Below, in pieces: positions 10,601 through 21,682 of a stretch of 51,583 nucleotides of DNA (position 1 is its first letter; the number at the start of each line of letters is the position of its first letter). A program made the translations under genes and the position numbers. The notes beneath the pieces are model-generated. The model saw only the letters and a list, made by a program, of their open reading frames with translations. It ran no database searches and had not been told where the DNA came from. The stretch is from assembly GCF_000372725.1 (NCBI RefSeq), contig NW_005201231.1, positions 62,001 through 113,583 on the forward strand, read 5' to 3'. Source of the stretch: Emiliania huxleyi CCMP1516. Taxonomy: Eukaryota.

Positions 10601-13600
10601 TTGCACGCGTCGCCGTCGGCGAGGTAGCAATTTTCCGCGGCGCAGAGCTGGCACTCGGGGCCTTTGAAGCCGGGGGCGCAATACTCGGAGCCCGCCTCCT
10701 CCAACCTCCGGCGGCGAGAGGCCTCTCCCGGCTCGCTGCCGGCGCATCGCGTCTCTCCGGCGCTGTCATTGCCGCCAAAGAGGCGGCACTCCGTCAGCAC
10801 GGCGGAGGAGGGGCTGGCGCGCCAGAAGCCGCGCGGGAGGACGAGGGAAGCGAGTGTGGTATTGTCCGGGCAGGTAGCGTTCGTCGGGCAGGACTTGCAG
10901 TACTCGGTCGGGGACTTGAAGATGTCGTCCGGGTCGGCGCTCGCGTCCTTCAAGTAGAAGCCCTCCATGCAAAACGAGCAGGTGGTGCTGCCGTTGACCG
11001 AGCTGAGGGGGTGAGGACACGGCACGCAAAGGCCCTGACCAGTGTTGGCGGCGTAACGGCCAGCCTCGCACTGGTCGCACGCGTCGCTGCCTGCCTTCGA
11101 CGAGGTGCCGGGAGGGCAAGGCTCGCACTTGGGCTGCCTCTCCTTTGCGGCAAAGGTGCCAGGCGAGCACGGCGTCGGCTCGATGCTGCCTGTGGAGCAG
11201 GCGCTGCCGGCGGGGCAGTCCTTGCACTCGCCCGCGTCGGCGAGGTCGGTCGCGTTCGCGTAGGTGCCAGCGTCGCACGGCAGCGGCGCCGACGCACCCT
11301 TCTGACAGTAGCGTCCCGCCTTGCACGGCTTGCACACCGTCTTGCCGCCCTCGTCCTGGTACGTGCCGCCGGAACAGGGCGTGCACTCGCCCTGCCCGTA
11401 CGCGTCCGTGTACGACCCCTTGGCGCACGCCGTCTGCTGCGTCGAGCCGGTAGTGGCGAAGTGGCCCGGCGAGGCGTCGGTGCACTGCGAGGCGGCGGTG
11501 AGGTCCGTGGCGGTGGAGTAGCTGCCCTTCTCGCACGGCAGCGGCGCCGACGCACCCTTCGGACAGTAGCTTCCCGCCTCGCACGGCTTGCACGCCGTCT
11601 TGCCTTCCTCGTCCTGGTACGTGCCGCCGGAACAGGGCGTGCACTCGCCCTGCTTGTACGCGTCCGTGTACGACCCCTTGGCGCACGCCGACTGCTCGGT
11701 GGAGCCGGCGGCGGCGAAGTGGCCCGGAGCGGCGTCGGTGCACTCGCTCGCGTCGGTGAGGTCCGTGGCGTTCGAGTACGACCCGGCGGAGCAAGCAAGG
11801 GGGGCGTCCGCGGTCCCTCTCGGGCAATAGCGGCCAGCATCGCAGGGCAGCGGCTCATAGGTCGCCTCTGTGGGGCACTGGGAGCCAGCGGGGCAGGGGC
11901 CGGCGCATCTGCTGCTCGACTGGTACTCGGGGTCGGCCGAGCCGAGGAGGCCGGCGGCGCAGGCGAAGGGGAAGTCCTCTTCGACGGGTAGCAGCGGCAG
12001 CTGGTAGAGGCTCTTGCCGAGGAGGGAGGGGTCTCCGCCACGCGTGCTATCCCAGTTGCACGGCTGCACGACGGTCGGGTTTTGGCAGTACCAAGGCGGC
12101 TGGCCGACTGCTGCGACGGCGAGGGCGCAATCGCCGCGGTGCTTGAGGCAAGCTGTTTGCTTAGGCGCCTGCGCGTACTTCAGGCACCTTCCCGCGCTGA
12201 AATCTACGCAGATGTCAGGGTAAGTGCACGCCTCCCGGTACACCTCGCAGCGCGCGTTCGGCAGCCAGCGACCGGCGGGGGCGGGGAGGGTGTAGGAGAC
12301 CTCGCCAGCGAGCAGGAAGATGGAGCTGCCCTTACCCTCCGGTGCAGAGCAGCCGCGGATGAGGGTGCTTTCGCTCAGGGAGGTGCTCCCGCCCGCCGAG
12401 TAGAGGCCGCCACCAGACAGAGCAGAGCAACGGTTGATGAGGGTGCCGTTACTCAGGGAGGTGCTCCCGCCCGCCGAGTAGAGGCCACCGCCATAATCTG
12501 AGGCGATGCAGTTGGAGATATTGGAGCGGGCCAGGCTGGCTGAGCCCGAGTGCACGTATACTGCGCCGCCATACGCGGCATTGCAGCCAGAGATGGAAGA
12601 GTCTGTCACGATGAGGTCGCTGCCCCACGTTTTTGTCGCTCCGCCGCTCTGCCAGGGGGAGGCGCGAGAGGCCTTGTGAAGGGCTGCAAGCACGAGGGCT
12701 AGCTCTACGCGGCGCACAAGGTCAGCCGAGCAGTTTGTCACGGTCGACTTGATTAGCGAAACCGCACCGCTCTTAAGCGCGTCGACGACGCCGCCGGACT
12801 GCGGTTTCGAGGTAAGAGCGGGGTGAGGCAGCCGTGGCCCCTCTCTATATCTCGCCCCGCTGCTGACGTGCGGTGCTGCAGGGTGGCTGCGGCGCACCCG
12901 GCCAGCCGAGCAGCTCGTCACAGTCGAGCCGATCAGCGAGACCGCACCGCTGTGCTCCGCGTAGACGACGCCGCCGTTCTGCGGGTGCGAGGAGAGAGCG
13001 GGGTGAGGCAGCCGTAGAGATCTCCATCTCTCACCTCGCTGCCGTAGGTACGGTGCTCAGGGCGGGCTGCTAGCTCTACGCGGCGCACATTGACAGCACT
13101 GCAGTCCCTCACATCCGAGTCAATGATCTCGACGTCGCCTGCGCCACTCGCGTACACAACGCCGCCGTAGCCATCAGGCCAGTCACCCGCCACCCTCCCG
13201 TTGACGAGGGTCAGCCCCCGCAGGGTGAGGCTGCAGCCGTTCTCGAGTTTGAAGAGCCCGGTCTCTCCCTGGCCATCGAGCGTCGCGCTCTCGCCGCTGC
13301 TCGCGACGGTCACCTTGATGCTGGACTCGCACCAGATCCGGCTGATCAGCTTGAAGTGCGCACCGGGCGGCAGGTAGATTGATACGGTGGTATTTGTAGA
13401 ACTCTCGGTGCGGGAGCGGAGCTCGGCCTCTTCGATCAGGGAGCGGAGCTTATCTGCGCTCGCCGCCGCGACAAAGCCGGGGAAGAGCGGCGGCGGCGGG
13501 ACCAGCGGCGGTGGAGGCGGCGGAGAGGGCGGAGAGGGCGGCAGCGATGGCGGCGGCGGCAAGGACGGCGGCGACGGCAGAGAGGGGGGCAGCGATGGCG

Positions 13601-14619
13601 GTGACGGCAAGGATGGCGGCGACGGTGGCGATGGCGTTTGATATTCAGCCGCAAATCGGACGGCGCTCGTGGCCAGCAGCCGACTGTTGGGCTCGTACCA
13701 ACCCCCAACTACCACCCAGTACTGGTCGCCTACGGTGAGCAGCTGCTGCAGTCCTGTGATGCGAGAGTAGTAGGAGGCGCATCCGCCCTTCTCCTGCTTG
13801 ACTCTCCCGCCGTTGCATGCAACCTGCTTGAGCGCGTCGCAGCTTCCCGTGAAGATGGACAGGTCGGTTTTAAAGTAATACGAATCCCCCGATTCGAAGC
13901 CAAGGTCATCGAAAAAGTTAGTCGAAGCTATGGGCACACAGCTCGTTGGGAAAGGGAAACATGTCGGCGAGGCGCAGCCAGTAGACGTTACCGGTCGTGT
14001 TGAATCCCGTGCCTCTGCACTGCTCCAAACTATACGCGCTGCTTGGACCCGGGCCGAGGGCAGTTGAGTTAATGTCGGTGTAGGCGTTACCCGCCCCATC
14101 GAATGGCATGGCAGTCTCGCAGGTACTGCCTAGGGGCGGTGGCGGCGTAGGCGGCGATGGTGACAGTGCACATCCGAGCGGGAGCTGCGCGACGAGAAAA
14201 AGCCACGCGCCGCGGCACGACGCCGTCCGGCACCGCACGAGGCGCCTTTTGCTGCTCCGCCCCTTGGCCGCACCGAAGCGCGGCCACATCCACTCGCTCT
14301 TCAGCACGCCGCCGCACGCTCCGAGCAGCAGGAGCACGGCCCAAAACAGCTGCTGGGTGCGGTCAGGCGCGGACGAGTACTTGACGAAGGAACAGAAGGG
14401 GGAGGGCAGGTCCTTGGAGAGCTCCGCGGCCGGCGGGTCCGCGGACGGCTTGTCGGTCTTGTTGGGTTTGCGCGAGGCGGGCGTCGTGAGGGCGAGCGTC
14501 GGGTGTTCGGTCTGGAGTGGCTCGATGACGACGTCGGTGCGGTTGCGCGTGTTGATGAACGGGTCCCCGCGGCCAGCAGGCGGGCGAGCGGCGGCGTTCG
14601 AGGGCGCCGCGACGAGCAT
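7640..14619 (-). CDS. Large multi-pass membrane receptor-like protein: Pro-rich linker, beta-helix (PMP-like GGxxY) repeats, Cys-rich GCC2/GCC3-type repeats, ~8-9 TM segments, cytoplasmic TIR plus a degenerate second TIR
   Basis: Exons: start (ATG 14619 or 14289)-13089 with an apparent frameshift near 13930, then 12978-12898, 12798-12718, 12648-10018, 9949-9213, 9145-9067, 8994-8899, 8790-8575, 8506-8063, 7971-7906, 7831-7640. Spliced TIR reads HLFLSHIWSTGQD..IKSELQ..VFLDVDDLKDIGALEEYI..ILFFLSQGYFRSPNCLREIRA..PLVLV. Confidence 0.82.
11270..11850 (-). repeat. 258-nt (86 aa) internal tandem duplication in the Cys-rich ectodomain
   Basis: GGAACAGGGCGTGCACTCGCCCTG occurs at 11371 and 11629. The protein repeats CAKGSYTDAYxQGECTPCSGGTYQDExGKT. 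Confidence 0.85.
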
Positions 14620-14711
14620 GACGGCGTGCAAAAAGGAGGCGGAAATCAGGGCTTCAATCAACGGCACGAAATAAAGAAAACCACGATGATCTAACACACA
14701 GGGGGAGAGAG

Positions 14712-14893
14712 GTGGCATGAAGGTTGCAGCGAGAAGCGGCGAGAGACTGCGAAGAGAGATAGGAAGAGGCAGACTCCCTAGGGTGGGCGACGGCTAGCGC
14801 ACCACACACCTCTCCTTAAAATCCCTGTGTGGTGGCGGCGTGCCGTCCTCCCATCCCTCCCTTGGGTTGTCTGTTTTCTTTCTTTCTTTCTTT
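14712..14893 (+). mobile_element. 5'-truncated non-LTR retroelement (family A) with 14-bp target-site duplication
   Basis: ACAGGGGGAGAGAG at 14698-14711 and 14894-14907; (CTTT)n tail; encodes RLRREIGRGRLPRVGDG*. Confidence 0.8.
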
Positions 14894-15571
14894 ACAGGGG
14901 GAGAGAGACCAAGAGTGAGGGCGGAGGCCTGCGACTGGCACGCGCTCGGCCACTGCCGCACTAGCGCCGACGGCACTGGCCAGGGGCCGAGGGCTGCGCG
15001 CCGAGGGCCCAACTTGAGAATCGTGCTTTTTGGGTTGGGTTGGGTTGTTGGGTTGGGTTGGGTTGTTTATGTTCCGCGTGAGGTTGGGTCGTCGGCGCGA
15101 AGGGTGAGGTCTCGACCGCCGCCGCTCACGCCAGCGGACGGCCACTGCCGGTGTTTTTGGCTTCGCCACCGTCCAAGGCGTGCGCCATGCGCTCGCCGGC
15201 ATCGAGCGAGCAACGTGATCGACCGAGCGGCTTGCTGTGTGGTCGCCTTCTTGTGGCTCTCGTCGAGAGCGTTTTGCGTCCCGGCGGGTGGGAGAAAGTG
15301 TGTCGTTGATGTGTCACTGTGTGCGTCACATCGATGTGGATAACAAGCACGGTCGATCCGTCAAAGCGATACACTCGTTCCTATCACGCTGGAAGGCTTG
15401 CACGGAGCTCTGTGCCGGCACACAGAAGAGCCGTGCGGCAAGAAGAGCTCGATGATCAATTGCTCTACCTCACTTCTTGCGCCTCTTCCCGCCAGCCCCC
15501 GAAGCCGAGGAGTTCCTCTTGGAACCACTGGAGCGGGGCACCTCATCAACGGGGGGGAACCAGACAGGATC

Positions 15572-15678
15572 AGGAAGCCACGCAGCCAGGCCAGGTCCCC
15601 AGGTCGCCCCGAGCCAGGTCGGCGAGGCGGGTTGGGAGGAGGGCGCCGCTCATGCACATGCCGCCAGAAAGAAGAAAA
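15572..15678 (-). pseudogene. Truncated, frameshifted copy of the 5' end of the ankyrin gene at 19173-20761
   Basis: Matches 20679-20778 (CAGCCAGGCCAGG..GCCCCGAGCCAGGTCGGCGAG..GGCGCCGCTCATG..CCAGAAAGAAGAAAA) with an 8-nt duplication. Confidence 0.65.
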
Positions 15679-15903
15679 GCGACATCGGGCTCTATAGAGG
15701 CAAAGAGGGCCACGATCGTGCTTCGTGGAGGGGTGCGCACGTTCCGGAGCCGCTCATGACTGCACTCTCCTTCCTCTGCACCAGCCTACCCCCTTTCCGA
15801 GCTTTGAGAGGATGATACAACAAAATGACAAATTGTACACAAATGCAAGTTTGAGAGAGCGAGAGCTCGCGGAAAGCACGCACACGTGGCACGGGTTCCC
15901 AGC

Positions 15904-18201
15904 CTAGTAGTTGCACACGACCTCGGTGGCGCCGGGCACGATTGCGAGCGGATAGAACAGCGACCACTTCAGCGCGAGAGCCGAGGGCGGCGGCAGCCGC
16001 GCGAGCTCGTCGTCCCCGCACGGCACCCACCCGCCGCCCGCCGCCCGCCGCAGCGCCCGGAAGGAGCGGGCGGCGGCTCCGTCGCTCTCGTCGCGCGACA
16101 CGCAACGGCCGCCTCCGCGGCCATCGTCGTCGGTCAGGCGCACCGCAACGCCCGTCGCGTGCGCGCGCCACGCGTCGCCGCCGAGCGCCAAAGCGCCGGC
16201 CGACAGCCGCGTGTAGCGCAGGTCGAAGCTTGTATTGGACGCCGCGGCGGCGGCGCGCGCTTCGAGGAGCAGCCGGCGAAGCTCGAGAGCCGGAACGGTG
16301 AAGCGCACAAACGGAGCGCCGGCGGCGGCGTCCCAGCGCGGCATGCGCGCGCGTCTCGCTTCGCCCAGCACCCGCCGTGCCTTTGGGTTGAACTGGCGGT
16401 CGATGTGGCCCGAGAGTCGGAGCAGCTCGCGCGTCCGACTGTCGAGCAGCGCGGAGATCTCGCCTGGGAAGAGCGCGCGCGAGGAGATGGGGGGGAGATG
16501 TGGGGGAGATGGGGGGAGAAGTGGGGGAGAAGTGGGGGAGATGTCGGGAGATGTGGGGGAGATGTGGGGGAGATGTGGGGGAGATGTGGGGGAGCGATAT
16601 GGGGAGATATCGGGCACGACCTGTGAAAGCTCGCCGAGGGGAGATTTAGGGAGATATGGGGAGAAATGGGGGGATCTCGCCTGGGCCAGGCAGGTTCAAG
16701 GCTACACGCTCCTATATCTCCGCTACACCTGACCCGTACGCCACCCTGATCTCCCCCGATCTCCCCCGATCTCGCCAGATCTCGCCTGGGTAGAGCGCGT
16801 GCAGGAAGGCCGAGGAGGTGTGCTCCACGCGCACGACGCCGCCGCCGTAGTCGCCGCCCGCGCCGGCGTACACGCGCTGCAGCAACCCCGTCAGCACGAG
16901 CAGGTGGTTGGACTTGCCCTGGGCGAGGCGCAGGTTGGCAAACATCGTGCAGCTCCCCACCTCCTGCACGATTGAAGATTCTCCCTCACACAAGATCGTG
17001 CAGGGCGGGGACCCACAACATGTGCATGTGGTCTCAGAGGTTGGCCGTCTCATTTCTTTATTCATTTCCTGCACGCCCAAGACTGGCAGGGCGAACGAGT
17101 ACGCCGCCGCCGCGCCCACGAGGGCCCGCGTCGCCCGCCGCGGAGCCTCGGCCGGCTCCGCTTCCGCCGGCCGCTGCAGCACGAGGGCGAGGCAGACCAG
17201 CGCCTACTCCCCTACTCCCATCCTCCAGAGGATCGAATCCAGGGTGGGCTCGGTCCCGCGGGGCGGTGTGGCCACAAACCGCGAGCGCACAAAAGAGGGC
17301 GACCGCAGGGTCGGCGTGCGGCGCCAGCAAGACAGCGGCGAGCGCGGCGAGCGCGGCGAGCGCGGCGAGCGCGGCAGCCGACGTGGGGTGCGCGCGAGGG
17401 GCGGCGGCGAGGCTGCCCAGCGCGCTCGCCGCAGGGCCGGCGTCGTCGCCCACGCAGAGCGCGAGACGCGACGCGGCGACGCAGGAGAAGGTGGGCACGC
17501 CTATGACACCAGAGGAGGAGGCGCTCCTCTCCCGTCGCCGCCCCGAGAGCAGGCGGAGGAGGCGCTCGCGCTCCATTGGGCGGCGGCGTGAGGGCGATGG
17601 CCGCGTGGAAGATTAAGGCAAGCAGCACGCCGCGCGAGGACCAGCGGTCGCGGGCGAGCAGCGCCGCGATCCAAAGTTCGACGGCGATGACGGCGGGGGG
17701 CATCAGAGCCGCGAGCACGCCGACGGCCCCTGGCGCCGCCTTGAGGGCTGTGGCGAGTGGTGGGATGCGCTCGAGTAGCGAGAGGCCGAAGATAGGCGCG
17801 CAGCTCACGCGCGAGTCCAAGAACGCCTCGTTCAGCTTGAAGAAGCCCGAGGCGGCGTAGCAGAGAGCGAGCTGGGCTCGGCACCACCTCCCCACACACG
17901 GCAGGCGCGACCGCTGGGAAAGGCAGAGCGAACACAGCACGCTCGCGTCGGTCAGTGCGCACCAGAACTCCGAGTCCCACACAAAAGGCATCTGCGTGTA
18001 TCGTGCAGCATTGCGTGCGACGAGCGCGGCCGCGAGCAAGGGCCGCGAGGGCGTCAGCATGAGCGCACACGACAGCAGGCACAGCGGAGGCCGCCAAGAG
18101 TCGGGAAAGAGGAACTGCTGCACGTAGAGCTGCAGCAGGCTGTGAGCGGCCCAGATACGTGAGGCGGCGGCGAGTGGCGTCGGCGACGTGGGAGAGTTCA
18201 T
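15904..18201 (-). CDS. HTTM-domain (vitamin K-dependent carboxylase-like) membrane protein
   Basis: Motifs QLALCYAASGFFKLNEAFL, LALIFHAAIAL and CTMFANLRLAQGKSNHLLV; several TM helices. Introns include 17573-17501, 17068-16964 and 16785-16464. Confidence 0.65.
16482..16780. repeat. Intronic 10-11 nt tandem repeats (GGGGAGATGT/GGGGAGATCT type)
   Basis: Directly visible. The same motif family occurs at 5655-5697 and 28239-28443. Confidence 0.85.
16971..17066 (+). mobile_element. Short retroposon (family C) with 9-bp TSD, coinciding with a predicted intron of the HTTM gene
   Basis: TCCTGCACG at 16962-16970 and 17067-17075; AT-rich tail; homologous to 41641-41733. Confidence 0.75.
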
Positions 18202-19172
18202 CCGAAGCGTGGCAGGAGCGGCGCCCAGAGACGGAAAAAGAAAAGGAAAAATCCGCCCCAAGTTGCCCGCTCCAAGCTAACGCGCTGTCCGCGCGCGGCA
18301 GCGGGCCCTCGCGCCAGTCGCGCTCGCCGTCGCCCGACTCTCCGCCCGCCAAGCGGGCCGCCTCCGCTGACTCGTCCGGCTATGAAACCGATACGCCGGA
18401 CGAGGTGCAGCAGGAGGCGGTCCGCAGGGTATGCGGCGCGCTCGGCATGAGGGAGCAGTTCGAGGCGGCGATGGCGGCGGGCGAGCTGCTCGAGATGCTC
18501 GAGAGCTTGCCGCGGGGCGGTCGAGGCCTCCGTTCGGCTGATGCGCGGTTACAACCGCACGGGCGAGTGGCCAGAGCCCATCCTCACCAGCCCTGCCCCG
18601 CAGCGCGGCCGCTCGCCAAGCCCCGTCGATGAGTGGTCAGATGGTTAGTGCCCGAGAGCGAGGGGTCCGGGGGGGAGCACAAACATAGGACGCCCAGCCT
18701 TGCCCTCGTGCCGCCGAGTGCATATCCTATGCGAGAGAGATACCCTGTGCCCTGTGCCTCCAGCCCTCTCCGCGCGGCGATGCGCCCTCCCCCCTCGCTT
18801 TTGCAAAATCCTGCAAAGGTGGGGACGTGTCTGTCCTCGACCCAGCCCTAGCTTGGGATGTCCGTTGTATTTATATTTATAAGCTAGCGCTTAGACCTAT
18901 GAGATATCGCCGAGGCGACCCGCGCGCCGAGAGAAAAGAATTTTTAGGTATTTTTACAACAAAAGGCGGTCGCACAAAAAAACACGATTCACGCGACAGG
19001 CAAGAAGAAGAAGATCTGTCTCAGGCAAGGCGCGGGCGACGGCTTCCTCGGGGGCGACGGCGAGAGAAAAGAAAGGAAAGCTAAAGAGACGCGACCGCAC
19101 AGGGGCAACGGGGGCAAGACCCCCTGCTGGGGGTTCGGCCCTCTCACTGAAAACCCCGTGCGGAACGAGAAG

Positions 19173-20761
19173 TCATCGCACCACCACCCTTGGCAGCACA
19201 AAGCCGCGCCAGATGTCCGCCAGCTCCGGAGCCGCTCCCTCGCGGCTGTCGAAGCGCTCCTCGTCCCAAGCGACCAGGTAGCCCAGCCGCATCACCTCGA
19301 CCGCCCGCTTGCGAGCCGCCTCCGGGAAGAGCTCGTGGGACTGCGGCGACCACTCCGCCGCCTTGAGGACCAGCCTGCCCACCTCCACCGCCTCGGCCGC
19401 TGGCTGCAGGTTGGCCGGCCTGAGGGAGGGCAGAGGCGTGTCACAGAGAGGATCCGGCGAGTCTAGGAGAGGCCATTGCAGTGCGCGCCTCAGTGCGAGT
19501 GCCTTGGCCTCGCCCGCCACGCGCACGCCGAAGCGGGCCGTCGAAGCGTTGGAGGAGACGACGACGCCGACCTTGCCGTTCATCGAGGGCCGCGAGACGA
19601 GAGAGCGGATCTCGACTGTGGAACCGACGGCCGCAGCGGTCGGATCCGACTCGCCCCACGAGCAGAGGACGCGCGCCCGCTCGAGGGAAGAAGGCGCGCC
19701 GGCGAGCGGGTCAGCGCCGCCGCGCAGCAGCGCCCGCGCCCGCTCGACGGTGAGCGCCTGCGGAAGAGGGGCAATGGGCGTGAGGACAACGCGCTCACGC
19801 CTTCGGCCGCTAGTCTCGGGCACGCCTCGAGATGCTGGAGCGGCGTCCAGCCGCGGCTGGCGACCAGCCAGGCGGCGAGGTCGGCGTGGCCTCCTTCGAT
19901 TGCAACCTCCTCGGGCGTGCCGAAGGGCGTAGCGTCGCGGGAGGCGCCGTAGGAGGAGAGCAGCTTGGCGACCTCGAGGTGGCCGTGGTGGCCTGCAACG
20001 AACAGCGGCGTGGCGCCTTGCCCATCGGCCTGGTCGATCGCCGCGCCAGCCTCGAGGAGCAGCTGCACGCACTCGAGCTGGCCCTCCTCGCTCGCAATGA
20101 GCAGCGGCGTGACGCCGTCGTTCATCGCTTGGTTGATGTCAGCGCCAGCGCCGCGCAGCAGCTGGGCGCACTCAAGGTGGCCCTGCTGGCACGCGATGAG
20201 CAGCGGCGTGGCGCCGCCGTTCATCGCTTGGTTGACCGCTGCGCCAGCCTCGAGGAGCAGCCGGACGATCTCGACGTGGCCCTTGTAGCACGCAATGCAC
20301 AGCGGCGTGACGCCATTCTCCTTGGCTTGGTTGACCGCCGCGCTCGCCTCGAGAAGCAGCCGGACGCACTGCTTATGGCCCTGCAGGCTCGCGACGTACA
20401 GCGGCGTGCAGCCTTCAGCGTCTGCGTGATCGGTCGCCGCGCCAGCCTCGCGGAGCAGCCGGGCGCACTCAATCTGCCCCTCCTGGCACGCGATATACAG
20501 CGCGGAAGCGCCGCGGCCAGTCGTCGCCCCGACGCTCGCGCCGCCCTCGAGCAGCAGCCGCGCCGCCTCGGCCTGCCCGTGACGAGCGGCCCAGGTGAGC
20601 AGCGTGTCCTGCTTCTCGGTGTCGTGCCGCGCGTCGAGCTGGGCCGCGAGCGACGTGCCGCGCGTCCCCTGCCCGGAGAGGAAGGCGCGCAGCCAGGCCA
20701 GGTCGCCCCGAGCCAGGTCGGCGAGCTGGGTTGGGAGGATGGCGCCGCTCATGCCGCTCAT
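19173..20761 (-). CDS. Ankyrin-repeat protein with a C-terminal SH3-like module and WSPxxHxLFP tail
   Basis: About 8 G-x-TPL-x-IA-xx-GH repeats in ORF 19580-20803 (ATG 20761). Two short GC-AG introns lead to VGSTVEIRSLVSRPSMNGKVGVV..RFGVRV..LALRPANL and WSPQSHELFPEAARKRAVEVMRLG. Confidence 0.85.
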
Positions 20762-21682
20762 GCCAGAAAGAAGAAAAACCGTGCAGAAACCGGTACGCTT
20801 CACGCGAAGCTGACGGGGGCGCCGTCGCTCGCATCATGCACTGCCTCTCCTCGCCCGCCTTTCCGTACAAGGAGCACAGCCGCTCAAAGTACTGGGGCAT
20901 GCACAAGTCCGTCGCCTTCGACCAGGAGATACTGCGAGTCTGCGACGAGCGACGCGACGCGACGAGAGATCGAGAGGGGCAGACGCCCGAGGGCAAACAT
21001 GGATGGAAGACAGCTAGCACAGTGGAGGCCAGGCCTGGGCAAAGAAACCATCAACCGGCTTCCCTGAGCGTCACAGCGCGGTGATCGCGCCGGCCGGACA
21101 CCACTGCAACGGCCGTTCCGGGCATTTGAACGCGACCTTCGGGCGGGGGCAAAGACATGGGCTCTATGGCTCAGACTGGACTCCTCTTGGTCCCTTCTGA
21201 TGCCCTAGGCCACACCTGGGCCTTACCTGGGGCTCTAGGGCCGGGCAGGGTTTGCCCTCCGAAACTGGCATGGGGGACCTTAACTTACCTCATAAAAAGT
21301 TAAACAAACAACGTGATGGGAGGCGTCTCGGCGGTCTCAGGCCCAGTGAGGTAGTGCGCCAGACTACCCCGGATCCTGCTGAACAAGCTCCTCTTGTAGC
21401 TCGATCGGTCACACCGCCATCGCCGTCGGGGAGAGGGGGGACGACACTGCTTCGGCAGCGTGCACCTCGATCCTGTACCGTGTTTGTTATGACCCCCCCC
21501 AATGAACATACCAGTGAGGGAGGGCGAGACGATCGAGGGGTCCCGTACCACGCGGAATCGACCCTATCCAGTGCTCAAGTGCTCAAACAACTTCAAAACA
21601 CAGCAGAAAGTACCGGTACCCGGGTATAGCCAGAAGCGCTGAAGTTCAAGGACTTCGGCGCTCGACGCGTGAATTTGCTGCA

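Noticed and set aside
14620..14718. ATG 14718 as the receptor start
   Set aside because: It lies inside the TSD-flanked retroelement.
18340..18900. Short acidic ORF and possible retroelement 3' end
   Set aside because: Single copy in the window with no TSD or motif.
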